Source: Eledone cirrhosa
Lineage: Eukaryota
Direction of reading: 5' to 3'
DNA: 64,000 bases
Assembly (NCBI GenBank): GCA_964016885.1
Contig: OZ024741.1
Location: 409,882,001-409,946,000 of the forward strand
Numbering within the stretch: position 1 is the first letter of the stretch; each line of letters starts with the position of its first letter. Under the pieces are notes generated by a model that was not told where the DNA came from, searched no databases, and was given only the letters and a program-made list of their open reading frames with translations. Both the position numbers and the translations under genes were made by a program. This document shows, piece after piece, positions 43,271-58,300 of the stretch.

Positions 43271-46200
43271 ACAATAGGTACACTGTATCTCAGTGTATAT
43301 CTGGTTTACAATAGGTACACTGTATCTCAGTGTATATCTCGTTTACAATAGGTACACTGTATCCCTGTGTATATCTGGTTTACAATAGGTACACTGTATC
43401 CCTGTGTATATCAGGTTTACAGTAGGTACACTGTATCCCTGTGTATATCTGGTTTACAATAGGTACCCTGTATCCCAGTGTATATCTGGTTTACAATAGG
43501 TACACTGTATCACTGTGTATATCTAGTTTACAATAGGTACCCTGTATCCCAGTGTATATCTGGTTTACAATAGGTACACTGTATCCCTGTGTATATCTGG
43601 TTTACAATAGGTACACTGTATCCCTGTGTATATCTGGTTTACAATAGGTACACTGTATCCTTGTGTTATATCTGGTTTACAATAGGTACACTGTATCCCT
43701 GTGTATATCTGGTTTACAATAGGTACACTGTATCCCTGTGTATATCTGGTTTACAATAGGTACACTATCCCTGTGTATATCTGGTTTACAATAGGTACAC
43801 TGTATCCCTGTGTATATCTAGTTTACAATAGGTACACTGTATCCCTGGGTATATCTGGTTTACAATAGGTACACTATCCCTGTGTATATCTGGTTTACAA
43901 TAGGTACACTGTATCCCTGTGTATATCTGGTTTACAATAGGTACACTGTATCCCTGGGTATATCAGGTTTACAATAGATACACTGTATCCCTGGGTATAT
44001 CTGGTTTACAATAGGTACACTGTATCCCCGTGTGTATCTGGTTTACGATAGGTACACTGTATCCCCGTGTGTATCTGGTTTACAATAGGTACACTGTATC
44101 CCTGTGTATATCTTGTTTATAATAGGTAGACTGTATCCTTGTGTTATATCTGGTTTACAATAGTTACACTGTATCCCTGTGTATATCTGGTTTACAATAG
44201 GTACACTGTATCCCTGTGTATATCTGGTTTACAATAGGTACACTGTATCCTTGTGTTATATCTGGTTTACAATAGGTACACTGTATCCCTGTGTATATCT
44301 GGTTTACAATAGTACACTGTATCCTTGTGTTATATCTGGTTTACAATAGGTACACTGTCTCCCTGGGTATATCTGGTTTACAATAGGTACACTGTATCCC
44401 TGTGTATATCTGGTTTACAATAGGTACACTGTATCCTTGTGTATATCTGGTTTACAATAGGTACACTGTATCCCTGTGTATATCTGGTTTATAATAGGTA
44501 CAGTATCCCTGTGTATATCTGGTTTACAATAGGTACACTATCCCTGTGTATATCTGGTTTATAATAGGTACACTGTATCCCTGTGTATATCTTGTTTACA
44601 ATAGGTATACTGTATCCCTGTGTATATCTGGTTTACAATAGGTACACTGTATCCTTGTGTTATATCTGGTTTACAATAGGTACACTGTATCCCTGTGTAT
44701 ATCTGGTTTACAATAGGTATACAGTATCTCAGTGTATATCTGGTTTACAATAGGTACACTGTATCCCTGTGTATATCTGGTTTACAATAGGTACACTGTA
44801 TCCCTGTGTATATCAGGTTTACAATAGGTACACTGAATCCCTGTGTATATCTGATTTACAATAGGTACACTGTATCACTGTGTATATCTGGTTTACAATA
44901 GGTACACTGTATCCCTGTGTATATCTGGTTTACAATAGGTACACTGTATCCCTGTGTATATCAGGTTTACAATAGGTACACTGAATCCCTGTGTATATCT
45001 GGTTTACAATACGTACACTGTATCCCTGTGTATATCTGGTTTACAATAGGTACAGTGTATCCCAGTGTATATCAGGTTTACAATAGGTATACTGTATCCC
45101 TGTGTATATATGGTTTACAATAGGTACACTGTATCCCTGTTTATATCAGGTTTACAATAGGTACACTGTATCCCTGTGTATATCTGGTTTACAATAGGTA
45201 CACTGTATCTCTGTGTATATCTGGTTTACAATAGGTACACTGTATCCCTGTGTATAACTGGTTTACAATAGGTACACTGTATCCCCGTGTGTATCTGGTT
45301 TACAATAGGTACACTGTATCCCTGTGTATATCTTGTTTATAATAGGTAGACTGTATCCTTGTGTTATATCTGGTTTACAATAGGTACACTGTATCCCTGT
45401 GTATATCTGGTTTACAATAGGTACACTGTATCCTTGTGTTATATCTGGTTTACAATAGGTTCACTGTATCCCTGTGTATATCTGGTTTACAATAGGTACA
45501 TTGTATCCCTGTGTATATCTGGTTTACAATAGGTACACTATCCCTGGGTATATCTGGTTTACAATAGGTACACTGTATCCTTGTGTATATCTGGTTTACA
45601 ATAGGTACACTGTATCCCTGTGTATATCTGGTTTATAATAGGTACACTGAATCCCTGTGTATATCTGATTTACAATAGGTACACTGTATCACTGTGTATA
45701 TCTGGTTTACAATAGGTACACTGTATCCCTGTGTATATCTGGTTTACAATAGGTACACTGTATCCCTGTGTATATCAGGTTTACAATAGGTACACTGAAG
45801 CCCTGTGTATATCTGGTTTACAATACGTACACTGTATCCCTGTGTATATCTGGTTTACAATAGGTACACTGTATTCTTGTGTTATATCTGGTTTACAATA
45901 GGTACACTGTATCCCTGTGTATATCTGGTTTACAATAGGTATACTGTATCCCTGTATATATCTGGTTTACAATAGGTACACTGTATCCCTGTGTATATCT
46001 GGTTTACAATAGGTACACTGTATCCCTGTGTATATCTGGTTTACAATAGGTACACTATCCCTGTGTATATCTGGTTTACAATAGGTACACTGTATCCCTG
46101 TGTATATCTGGTTTACAATAGGTACACTATCCCTGTGTATATCTGGTTAACAATAGGTACACTGTATCCCTGTGTATATCTGGTTTACAATAGGTACACT

Positions 46201-49200
46201 ATCCCTGTGTATATCTGGTTTACAATAGGTACACTGTATCACAGTGTATATCAGGTTTACAATAGGTATACTGTATCCCTGTGTATATCTGGTTTACAAT
46301 AGGTACACTGTATCCCTGTGTATATCTGGTTTACAATAGGTACACTGTATCCCTGTGTATATCTGGTTTACAATAGGTACACTGTATCCCTGTGTATATC
46401 AGGTTTACAAAAGGTACACGGAATCCCTGTGTATATCTGGTTTACAATACGTACACTGTATCCCTGTGTATATCTGGTTTACAATAGGTACAGTGTATCC
46501 CAGTGTATATCAGGTTTACAATAGGTATACTGTATCTCTGTGTATATCTGGTTTACAATAGGTACACTGTATCCCTGTTCATATCAGGTTTACAATAGGT
46601 ACACTGTATCCCTGTGTATATCTGGTTTACAATAGGTACACTGTATCCCTGTGTATATCTGGTTTACAATAGGTACACTGTATCCCTGTGTATATCTGGT
46701 TTACAATAGGTACACTGTATCCCCGTGTGTATCTGGTTTACAATAGGTACACTGTATCCCTGTGTATATCTTGTTTACAATAGGTACACTGTATCCTTGT
46801 GTTATATCTGGTTTACAATAGGTACACTGTATCCCTGTGTATATCTGGTTTACAATAGGTACACTGTATCCTTGTGTTATATCTGGTTTACAATAGGTAC
46901 ACTGTATCCCTGTGTATATCTGGTTTACAATAGGTACATTGTATCCCTGTGTATATCTGGTTTACAATAGGTACACTATCCCTGGGTATATCTGGTTTAC
47001 AATAGGTACACTGTATCCTTGTGTATATCTGGTTTACAATAGGTACACTGTATCCCTGTGTATATCTGGTTTATAATAGGTACACTATCCCTGTGTATAT
47101 CTGGTTTACAATAGGTACACTATCCCTGTGTATATCTGGTTTATAATAGGTACACTGTATCCCTGTGTATATCTCGTTTACAATAGGTACACTGTATCCC
47201 TGTGTATATCTGGTTTACAATAGGTACACTGTATCCTTGTGTTATATCTGGTTTACAATAGGTACACTGTATCCCTGTGTATATCTGGTTTACAATAGGT
47301 ATACTGTATGCCTGTGTATATCTGGTTTACAATAGGTACAATATATCCCTGTGTATATCTGGTTTACAATAGGTACACTGTATCCCTGTGTATATCTGGT
47401 TTACAATAGTTACACTATCCCTGTGTATATCTGGTTTACAATAGGTACACTGTATCCCTGTGTATATCTGGTTTACAATAGGTACACTATCCCTGTGTAT
47501 ATCTGGTTTACAATAGGTACACTGTATCCCTGTGTATATCTGGTTTACACTAGGTACACTATCCCTGTGTATATCTGGTTTACAATAGGTACACTGTATC
47601 ACAGTGTATATCAGGTTTACAATAGGTATACTGTATCCCTGTGTATATCTGGTTTACAATAGGTACACTGTATCCCTGTGTATATCTGGTTTACAATAGG
47701 TACACTGTATCCCTGTGTATATCTGGTTTACAATAGGTACACTGTATCCCTGTGTATATCTGGTTTACAATAGGTACACTGTGTCCCTGTGTATATCAGG
47801 TTTACAAAAGGTACACGGAATCCCTGTGTATATCTTGTTTACAATACGTACACTGTATCCCTGTGTATATCTGGTTTACAATAGGTACAGTGTATCCCAG
47901 TGTATATCAGGTTTACAATAGGTATACTGTATCTCTGTGTATATCTGGTTTACAATAGGTACACTGTATCCCTGTTCATATCAGGTTTACAATAGGTACA
48001 CTGTATCCCTGTGTATATCTGGTTTACAATAGGTACACTGTATCCCTGTGTATATCTGGTTTACAATAGGTACACTGTATCCCTGTGTATATCTGGTTTA
48101 CAATAGGTACACTGTATCCCTGTATGTATCTGGTTTACAATAGGTACATTGTATCCCTGTGTATATCTGGTTTACAATAGGTACACTGTATCCCTGTGTG
48201 TATCTGGTTTACAATAGGTACATTGTATCCCTGTGTACATCAGGTTTACAATAGGTACACTGAATCCCTGTGTATATCTGGTTTACAATAGGTACACTGT
48301 ATCTCTGTGTATATCTGGTTTACAATAGGTACACTGTATCCCTGTGTGTATCTGGTTTACAATAGGTACACTGTATCTGTGTGTATATCTGGTTTACAAT
48401 AGGTACACTGTATCCCTGTGTATATCTGGTTTACAATAGGTACAGTGTATCCCAGTGTATATCAGGTTTACAATAGGTATACTGTATCCCTGTGTATATA
48501 TGGTTTACAATAGGTACACTGTATCCCTGTGTATATCTGGTTTACAATAGGTACACTGTATCTCTGTGTATATCTGGTTTACAATAGGTACACTGTATCC
48601 CTGTGTATATCTGGTTTACAATAGGTACACTGTATCCCCGTGTGTATCTGGTTTACAATAGGTACACTGTATCCCTGTGTATATCTTGTTTATAATAGGT
48701 AGACTGTATCCTTGTGTTATATCTGGTTTACAATAGGTACACTGTATCCCTGTGTATATCTGGTTTACAATAGGTACACTGTATCCTTGTGTTATATCTG
48801 GTTTACAATAGGTACACTGTATCCCTGTGTATATCTGGTTTACAATGGGTACATTGTATCCCTGTGTATATCTGGTTTACAATTTGTACACTATCCCTGG
48901 GTATATCTGGTTTACAATAGGTACACTGTATCCTTGTGTATATCTGGTTTACAATAGGTACACTGTATCCCTGTGTATATCTGGTTTATAATAGGTACAC
49001 TATCCCTGTGTATATCTGGTTTACAATAGGTACACTATCCCTGTGTATATCTGGTTTATAATAGGTACACTGTATCCCTGTGTATATCTGGTTTACAATA
49101 GGTACACTGTATCCCTGTGTATATCTGGTTTACAATAGGTACACTGTATTCTTGTGTTATATCTGGTTTACAATAGGTACACTGTATCCCTGTGTATATC

Positions 49201-49439
49201 TGGTTTACAATAGGTATACTGTATCCCTGTATATATCTGGTTTACAATAGGTACACTGTATCCCTGTGTATATCTGGTTTACAATAGGTACACTGTATCC
49301 CTGTGTATATCTGGTTTACAATAGGTACACTATCCCTGTGTATATCTGGTTTACAATAGGTACACTGTATCCCTGTGTATATCTGGTTTACAATAGGTAC
49401 ACTATCCCTGTGTATATCTGGTTAACAATAGGTACACTG

Positions 49440-52320
49440 TATCCCTGTGTATATCTGGTTTACAATAGGTACACTATCCCTGTGTATATCTGGTTTACAA
49501 TAGGTACACTGTATCACAGTGTATATCAGGTTTACAAAAGGTATACTGTATCCCTGTGTATATCTGGTTTACAATAGGTACACTGTATCCCTGTGTATAT
49601 CTGGTTTACAATAGGTACACTGTATCCCTGTGTATATCTGGTTTACAATAGGTACACTGTATCCCTGTGTATATCTGGTTTACAATAGGTACACTGTATC
49701 CCTGTGTATATCAGGTTTACAAAAGGTACACGGAATCCCTGTGTATATCTGGTTTACAATACGTACACTGTATCCCTGTGTATATCTGGTTTACAATAGG
49801 TACAGTGTATCCCAGTGTATATCAGGTTTACAATAGGTATACTGTATCTCTGTGTATATCTGGTTTACAATAGGTACACTGTATCCCTGTTCATATCAGG
49901 TTTACAATAGGTACACTGTATCCCTGTGTATATCTGGTTTACAATAGGTACACTGTATCCCTGTGTATATCTGGTTTACAATAGGTACACTGTATCCCTG
50001 TGTATATCTGGTTTACAATAGGTACACTGTATCCCTGTATGTATCTGATTTACAATAGGTACATTGTATCCCTGTGTATATCTGGTTTACAATAGGTACA
50101 CTGTATGCCTGTGTGTATCTGGTTTACAATAGGTCCATTGTATCCCTGTGTACATCAGGTTTACAATAGGTACACTGAATCCCTGTGTATATCTGGTTTA
50201 CAATAGGTACACTGTATCTCTGTGTATATCTGGTTTACAATAGGTACATTGTATCCCTGTGTATATCTGGTTTACAATAGGTACACTATCCCTGTGTATA
50301 TCTGGTTTACAATAGGTACACTGTATCCCTGTGTATATCAGGTTTACAATAGGTACACTGTATCTCAGTGTATATCTCGTTTACAATAGGTACACTGTAT
50401 CCCTGTGTATATCTGGTTTACAATAGGTACACTGTATCCCTGTGTATATCAGGTTTACAATAGGTACACTGTATCCCTGTGTATATCTGGTTTACAATAG
50501 GTACCCTGTATCCCAGTGTATATCTGGTCTACAATAGGTACACTGTATCACTGTGTATATCTAGTTTACAATAGGTACCCTGTATCCCAGTGTATTTCTG
50601 GTTTACAATAGGTACACTGTATCCCTGTGTATATCTGGTTTACAATAGGTACACTGTATCCCTGTGTATATCTGGTTTACAATAGGTACACTGTATCCTT
50701 GTGTTATATCTGGTTTACAATAGGTACACTGTATCCCTGTGTATATCTGGTTTACAATAGGTACACTGTATCCCTGTGTATATCTGATTTACTATAGGTA
50801 CACTGTATCCCTGTGTATATCTGGTTTACAATAGGTACACTGTATCCCTGTGTATATCTGGTTCACAATAGGTACACTGTATCCCTGTGTATATCTGGTT
50901 TACAATAGGTACACTATCCCTGTGTATATCTGGTTTACAATAGGTACACTGTATCACAGTGTATATCAGGTTTACAAAAGGTATACTGTATCCCTGTGTA
51001 TATCTGGTTTACAATAGCTACACTGTATCCCTGTGTATATCTGGTTTACAATAGGTACACTGTATCCCTGTGTATATCTGGTTTACAATAGATACACTGT
51101 ATCCCTGTGTATATCTGGTTTACAATAGGTACACTGTATCCCTGTGTATATCAGGTTTACAAAAGGTACACGGAATCCCTGTGTATATCTGGTTTACAAT
51201 ACGTACACTGTATCCCTGTGTATATCTGGTTTACAATAGGTACAGTGTATCCCAGTGTATATCAGGTTTACAATAGGTATACTGTATCTCTGTGTATATC
51301 TGGTTTACAATAGGTACACTGTATCCCTGTTCATATCAGGTTTACAATAGGTACACTGTATCCCTGTGTATATCTGGTTTACAATAGGTACACTGTATCC
51401 CTGTGTATATCTGGTTTACAATAGGTACACTGTATCCCTGTGTATATCTGGTTTACAATAGGTACACTGTATCCCTGTATGTATCTGATTTACAATAGGT
51501 ACATTGTATCCCTGTGTATATCTGGTTTACAATAGGTACACTGTATGCCTGTGTGTATCTGGTTTACAATAGGTACATTGTATCCCTGTGTACATCAGGT
51601 TTACAATAGGTACACTGAATCCCTGTGTATATCTGGTTTACAATAGGTACACTGTATCTCTGTGTATATCTGGTTTACAATAGGTACATTGTATCCCTGT
51701 GTATATCTGGTTTACAATAGGTACACTATCCCTGTGTATATCTGGTTTACAATAGGTACACTGTATCCCTGTGTATATCAGGTTTACAATAGGTACACTG
51801 TATCTCAGTGTATATCTCGTTTACAATAGGTACACTGTATCCCTGTGTATATCTGGTTTACAATAGGTACACTGTATCCCTGTGTATATCAGGTTTACAA
51901 TAGGTACACTGTATCCCTGTGTATATCTGGTTTACAATAGGTACCCTGTATCCCAGTGTATATCTGGTCTACAATAGGTACACTGTATCACTGTGTATAT
52001 CTAGTTTACAATAGGTACCCTGTATCCCAGTGTATTTCTGGTTTACAATAGGTACACTGTATCCCTGTGTATATCTGGTTTACAATAGGTACACTGTATC
52101 CCTGTGTATATCTGGTTTACAATAGGTACACTGTATCCTTGTGTTATATCTGGTTTACAATAGGTACACTGTATCCCTGTGTATATCTGGTTTACAATAG
52201 GTACACTGTATCCCTGTGTATATCTGATTTACAATAGGTACACTGTATCCCTGTGTATATCTGGTTTACAATAGGTACACTGTATCCCTGTGTATATCTG
52301 GTTCACAATAGGTACACTAT
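49440..52320. repeat. Tandem duplication of a 1440-bp unit
   Basis: ORFs 49667/51107, ggtctacaa 50526/51966 and gttcacaata 50861/52301 are all offset by 1440. Confidence 0.85.
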
Positions 52321-55300
52321 CCCTGTGTATATCTGGTTTACAATAGGTACACTATATCCCTGTGTATATCTAGTTTATAATAGGTACACTGTATCCCTGG
52401 GTATATCTGGTTTACAATAGGTACACTATCCCTGTGTATATCTGGTTTACAATAGATACACTGTATCCCTGTGTATATCTGGTTTACAATAGGTACACTG
52501 TATCCCTGTGTATATCTGGTTTACAATAGGTACACTGTATCCCTGTGTATATCTAGTTTACAATAGGTACACTGTATCCCTGTGTATATCTGGTTTACAA
52601 TAGGTACACTGAATCCCTGTATATCTGGTTTACAATAGGTACACTGTATCCCTGTGTATATCAGGTTTACAATAGGTACACTGTATCCCTGTGTACATCT
52701 GGTTTACAATAGGTACACTGAATCCCTGTATATCTGGTTTACAATAGGTACACTGTATCCCAGTGTATATCTGATTTACAATAGGTACACTGTATCCCTG
52801 TGTATATCTAGTTTACAATAAATACACTGTATCCCTGGGTATATCTGGTTTACAATAGGTACACTGTATCTCAGTGTATATCTCGTTTACAATAGGTACA
52901 CTGTATCCCTGTGTATATCTGGTTTACAATAGGTACACTTTATCTCAGTGTATATCTGGTTTACAATAGGTACACTGTATCCCTGTGTATATCTGGTTTA
53001 CAATAGGTACACTGTATCCCTGTGTATATCTGGTTTACAATAGGTACACTGTATCCCTGTGTATATCTGATTTACAATAGGTACACTGTATCCCTGTGTA
53101 TATCTGGTTTACAATAGGTACACTGTATCCCTGTGTATATCTGGTTTACAATAGGTACACTGTATCCCTGTGTATATCTGATTTACAATAGGTACACTGT
53201 ATCCCTGTGTATATCTGGTTTACAATAGGTACACTGTATCCCTGTGTATATCTGGTTTACAATAGGTACACTGTATCCCTGTGTATATCTGGTTTACAAT
53301 AGGTACACTGTATCCCTGGGTATATCAGGTTTACAATAGATACACTGTATCCCTGGGTATATCTGGTTTACAATAGGTACACTGTATCCCCGTGTGTATC
53401 TGGTTTACAATAGGTACACTGTATCCCCGTGTGTATCTGGTTTACAATAGGTACACTGTATCCCTGTGTATATCTTCTTTATAATAGGTAGACTGTATCC
53501 TTGTGTTATATCTGGTTTACAATAGGTACACTGTATCCCTGTGTATATCTGGTTTACAATAGGTACACTGTATCCCTGTGTATATCTGGTTTACAACAGG
53601 TACACTGTATCCTTGTGTTATATCTGGTTTACAATAGGTACACTGTATCCCTGTGTATATCTGGTTTACAATAGGTACAGTGTATCCCAGTGTATATCAG
53701 GTTTACAATAGGTATACTGTATCCCTGTGTATATCTGGTTTACAATAGGTACACTGTATTCCTTTTTATATCAGGTTTACAATAGGTACACTGTATCCCT
53801 GTGTATATCTGGTTTACAATAGGTACACTGTATCCTTGTGTATATCTGGTTTACAATAGGTACACTGTATCCCTGTGTATATCTGGTTTATAATAGGTAC
53901 ACTATCCCTGTGTATATCTGGTTTACAATAGGTACACTGTATCCCTGTGGTGTATTTGGTTTACAATAGGTACACTGTATACTTGTTGTGTATTTGGTTT
54001 ACAATAGGTACACTGTATCCCTGTGTATATCAGGTTTACAATAGGTACACTGTATCCCTGTGTATATCAGGTTTACAATAGGTACACTGTATCCCTGTGT
54101 ATATCAGGTTTACAATAGGTACACTGTATCCCTGTTTATCTGGTTTACAATAGGTACACTGTATCCCTCTGTATATCTGGTTTATAATAGGTACACTGTA
54201 TCCCTGTGTGTATCTGGTTTACAATAGGTACACTGTATCCCTGTGTATATCTAGTTTACAATAGGTACACTGTATCCCTGTGTGTATCTGGTTTACAATA
54301 GGTACACTGTATCCCTGTGTATATCTGGTTTACAATAGGTACACTGTATCCCTGTGTATATCTGGTTTACAATAGGTACACTGTATCCCTGTGTATATCT
54401 GGTTTACAATAGGTACACTGTATCCCTGTGTATATCTGGTTTACAATAGGTACACTGTATCCCTGTGTATATCTAGTTTACAATATGTACACTGTATCCC
54501 TGGGTATATCTGGTTTACAATAGGTACACTGTATCTCAGTGTATATCTCGTTTACAATAGGTACACTGTATCCCTGTGTATATCTGGTTTACAATAGGTA
54601 CACTGTATCCCTGTGTATATCAGGTTTACAGTAGGTACACTGTATCCCTGTGTATATCTGGTTTACAATAGGTACCCTGTATCCCAGTGTATATCTGGTT
54701 TACAATAGGTACACTGTATCACTGTGTATATCTAGTTTACAATAGGTACCCTGTATCCCAGTGTATATCTGGTTTACAATAGGTACACTGTATCCCTGTG
54801 TATATCTGGTTTACAATAGGTACACTGTATCCCTGTGTATATCTGGTTTACAATAGGTACACTGTATCCTTGTGTTATATCTGGTTTACAATAGGTACAC
54901 TGTATCCCTGTGTATATCTGGTTTACAATAGGTACACTGTATCCCTGTGTATATCTGATTTACAATAGGTACACTGTATCCCTGTGTATATCTGGTTTAC
55001 AATAGGTACACTGTATCCCTGTGTATATCTGGTTTACAATAGGTACACTATCCCTGTGTATATCTGGTTTACAATAGGTACACTGTATCCCTGTGTATAT
55101 CTAGTTTACAATAGGTACACTGTATCCCTGGGTATATCTGGTTTACAATAGGTACACTATCCCTGTGTATATCTGGTTTACAATAGGTACACTGTATCCC
55201 TGTGTATATCTGGTTTACAATAGGTACACTGTATCCCTGGGTATATCAGGTTTACAATAGATACACTGTATCCCTGGGTATATCTGGTTTACAATAGGTA

Positions 55301-58300
55301 CACTGTATCCCCGTGTGTATCTGGTTTACGATAGGTACACTGTATCCCCGTGTGTATCTGGTTTACAATAGGTACACTGTATCCCTGTGTATATCTTGTT
55401 TATAATAGGTAGACTGTATCCTTGTGTTATATCTGGTTTACAATAGGTACACTGTATCCCTGTGTATATCTGGTTTACAATAGGTACACTGTATCCCTGT
55501 GTATATCTGGTTTACAATAGGTACACTGTACCCCTGTGTATATCTGGTTTACAATAGTACACTGTATCCTTGTGTTATATCTGGTTTACAATAGGTACAC
55601 TGTCTCCCTGGGTATATCTGGTTTACAATAGGTACACTGTATCCCTGTGTATATCTGGTTTACAATAGGTACACTGTATCCTTGTGTATATCTGGTTTAC
55701 AATAGGTACACTGTATCCCTGTGTATATCTGGTTTATAATAGGTACACTATCCCTGTGTATATCTGGTTTACAATAGGTACACTATCCCTGTGTATATCT
55801 GGTTTATAATAGGTACACTGTATCCCTGTGTATATCTCGTTTACAATAGGTATACTGTATCCCTGTGTATATCTGGTTTACAATAGGTACACTGTATCCT
55901 TGTGTTATATCTGGTTTACAATAGGTACACTGTATCCCTGTGTATATCTGGTTTACAATAGGTATACAGTATCTCAGTGTATATCTGGTTTACAATAGGT
56001 ACACTGTATCCCTGTGTATATCTGGTTTACAATAGGTACACTGTATCCCTGCTATATCAGGTTTACAATAGGTACACTGAATCCCTGTGTATATCTGATT
56101 TACAATAGGTACACTGTATCACTGTGTATATCTGGTTTACAATAGGTACACTGTATCCCTGTGTATATCTGGTTTACAATAGGTACACTGTATCCCTGTG
56201 TATATCAGGTTTACAATAGGTACACTGAATCCCCGTGTATATCTGGTTTACAATAGGTACACTGTATCTCTGTGTATATCTGGTTTACAATAGGTACACT
56301 GTATCCCTGTGTATATCTGGTTTGCAATAGGTACACTGTATCCCCGTGTGTATCTGGTTTACAATAGGTACACTGTATCCCTGTGTATATCTTGTTTATA
56401 ATAGGTAGACTGTATCCTTGTGTTATATCTGGTTTACAATAGGTACACTGTATCCCTGTGTATATCTGGTTTACAATAGGTACACTGTATCCTTGTGTTA
56501 TATCTGGTTTACAATAGGTACACTGTATCCCTGTGTATATCTGGTTTACAATAGGTACATTGTATCCCTGTGTATATCTGGTTTACAATAGGTACACTAT
56601 CCCTGGGTATATCTGGTTTACAATAGGTACACTGTATCCTTGTGTATATCTGGTTTACAATAGGTACACTGTATCCCTGTGTATATCTGGTTTATAATAG
56701 GTACACTGAATCCCTGTGTATATCTGATTTACAATAGGTACACTGTATCACTGTGTATATCTGGTTTACAATAGGTACACTGTATCCCTGTGTATATCTG
56801 GTTTACAATAGGTACACTGTATCCCTGTGTATATCAGGTTTACAATAGGTACACTGAATCCCTGTGTATATCTGGTTTACAATACGTACACTGTATCACT
56901 GTGTATATCTGGTTTACAATAGGTACACTGTATCCCTGTTCATATCAGGTTTACAATAGGTACACTGTATCCCTGTGTATATCTGGTTTACAATAGGTAC
57001 ACTGTATCCCTGTTTATATCTGGTTTACAATAGGTACACTGTATCCCTGTGTATATCTGGTTTACAATAGGTACACTGTATCCCTGTATGTATCTGGTTT
57101 ACAATAGGTACATTGTATCCCTGTGTATATCTGGTTTACAATAGGTACACTGTATCCCTGTGTGTATCTGGTTTACAATAGGTACATTGTATCCCTGTGT
57201 ACATCAGGTTTACAATAGGTACACTGAATCCCTGTGTATATCTGGTTTACAATAGGTACACTGTATCTCTGTGTATATCTGGTTTACAATAGGTACATTG
57301 TATCCCTGTGTATATCTGGTTTACAATAGGCACACTGTATCTCTGTGTATATCTGGTTTACAATAGGTACACTGTATCCCTGTGTATATCTGGTTTACAA
57401 TAGGTACACTGTATCTCTGTGTATATCTGGTTTACAATAGGTACACTGTATCCCTGTGTATATCTGGTTTACAATAGGTACACTGTATCCCCGTGTGTAT
57501 CTGGTTTACAATAGGTACACTGTATCTGTGTGTATATCTGGTTTACAATAGGTACACTGTATCCCTGTGTATATCTGGTTTACAATAGGTACAGTGTATA
57601 TCAGGTTTACAATAGGTATGCTGTATCCCTGTGTATATATGGTTTACAATAGGTACACTGTATCCCTGTTTATATCAGGTTTACAATAGGTACACTGTAT
57701 CCCTGTGTATATCTGGTTTACAATAGGTACACTGTATCTCTGTGTATATCTGGTTTACAATAGGTACACTGTATCCCTGTGTATATCTGGTTTACAATAG
57801 GTACACTGTATCCCCGTGTGTATCTGGTTTACAATAGGTACACTGTATCCCTGTGTATATCTTGTTTATAATAGGTAGACTGTATCCTTGTGTTATATCT
57901 GGTTTACAATAGGTACACTGTATCCCTGTGTATATCTGGTTTACAATAGGTACACTGTATCCTTGTGTTATATCTGGTTTACAATAGGTACACTGTATCC
58001 CTGTGTATATCTGGTTTACAATAGGTACATTGTATCCCTGTGTATATCTGGTTTACAATAGGTACACTATCCCTGGGTATATCTGGTTTACAATAGGTAC
58101 ACTGTATCCTTGTGTATATCTGGTTTACAATAGGTACACTGTATCCCTGTGTATATCTGGTTTATAATAGGTACACTATCCCTGTGTATATCTGGTTTAC
58201 AATAGGTACACTATCCCTGTGTATATCTGGTTTATAATAGGTACACTGTATCCCTGTGTATATCTCGTTTACAATAGGTACACTGTATCCCTGTGTATAT

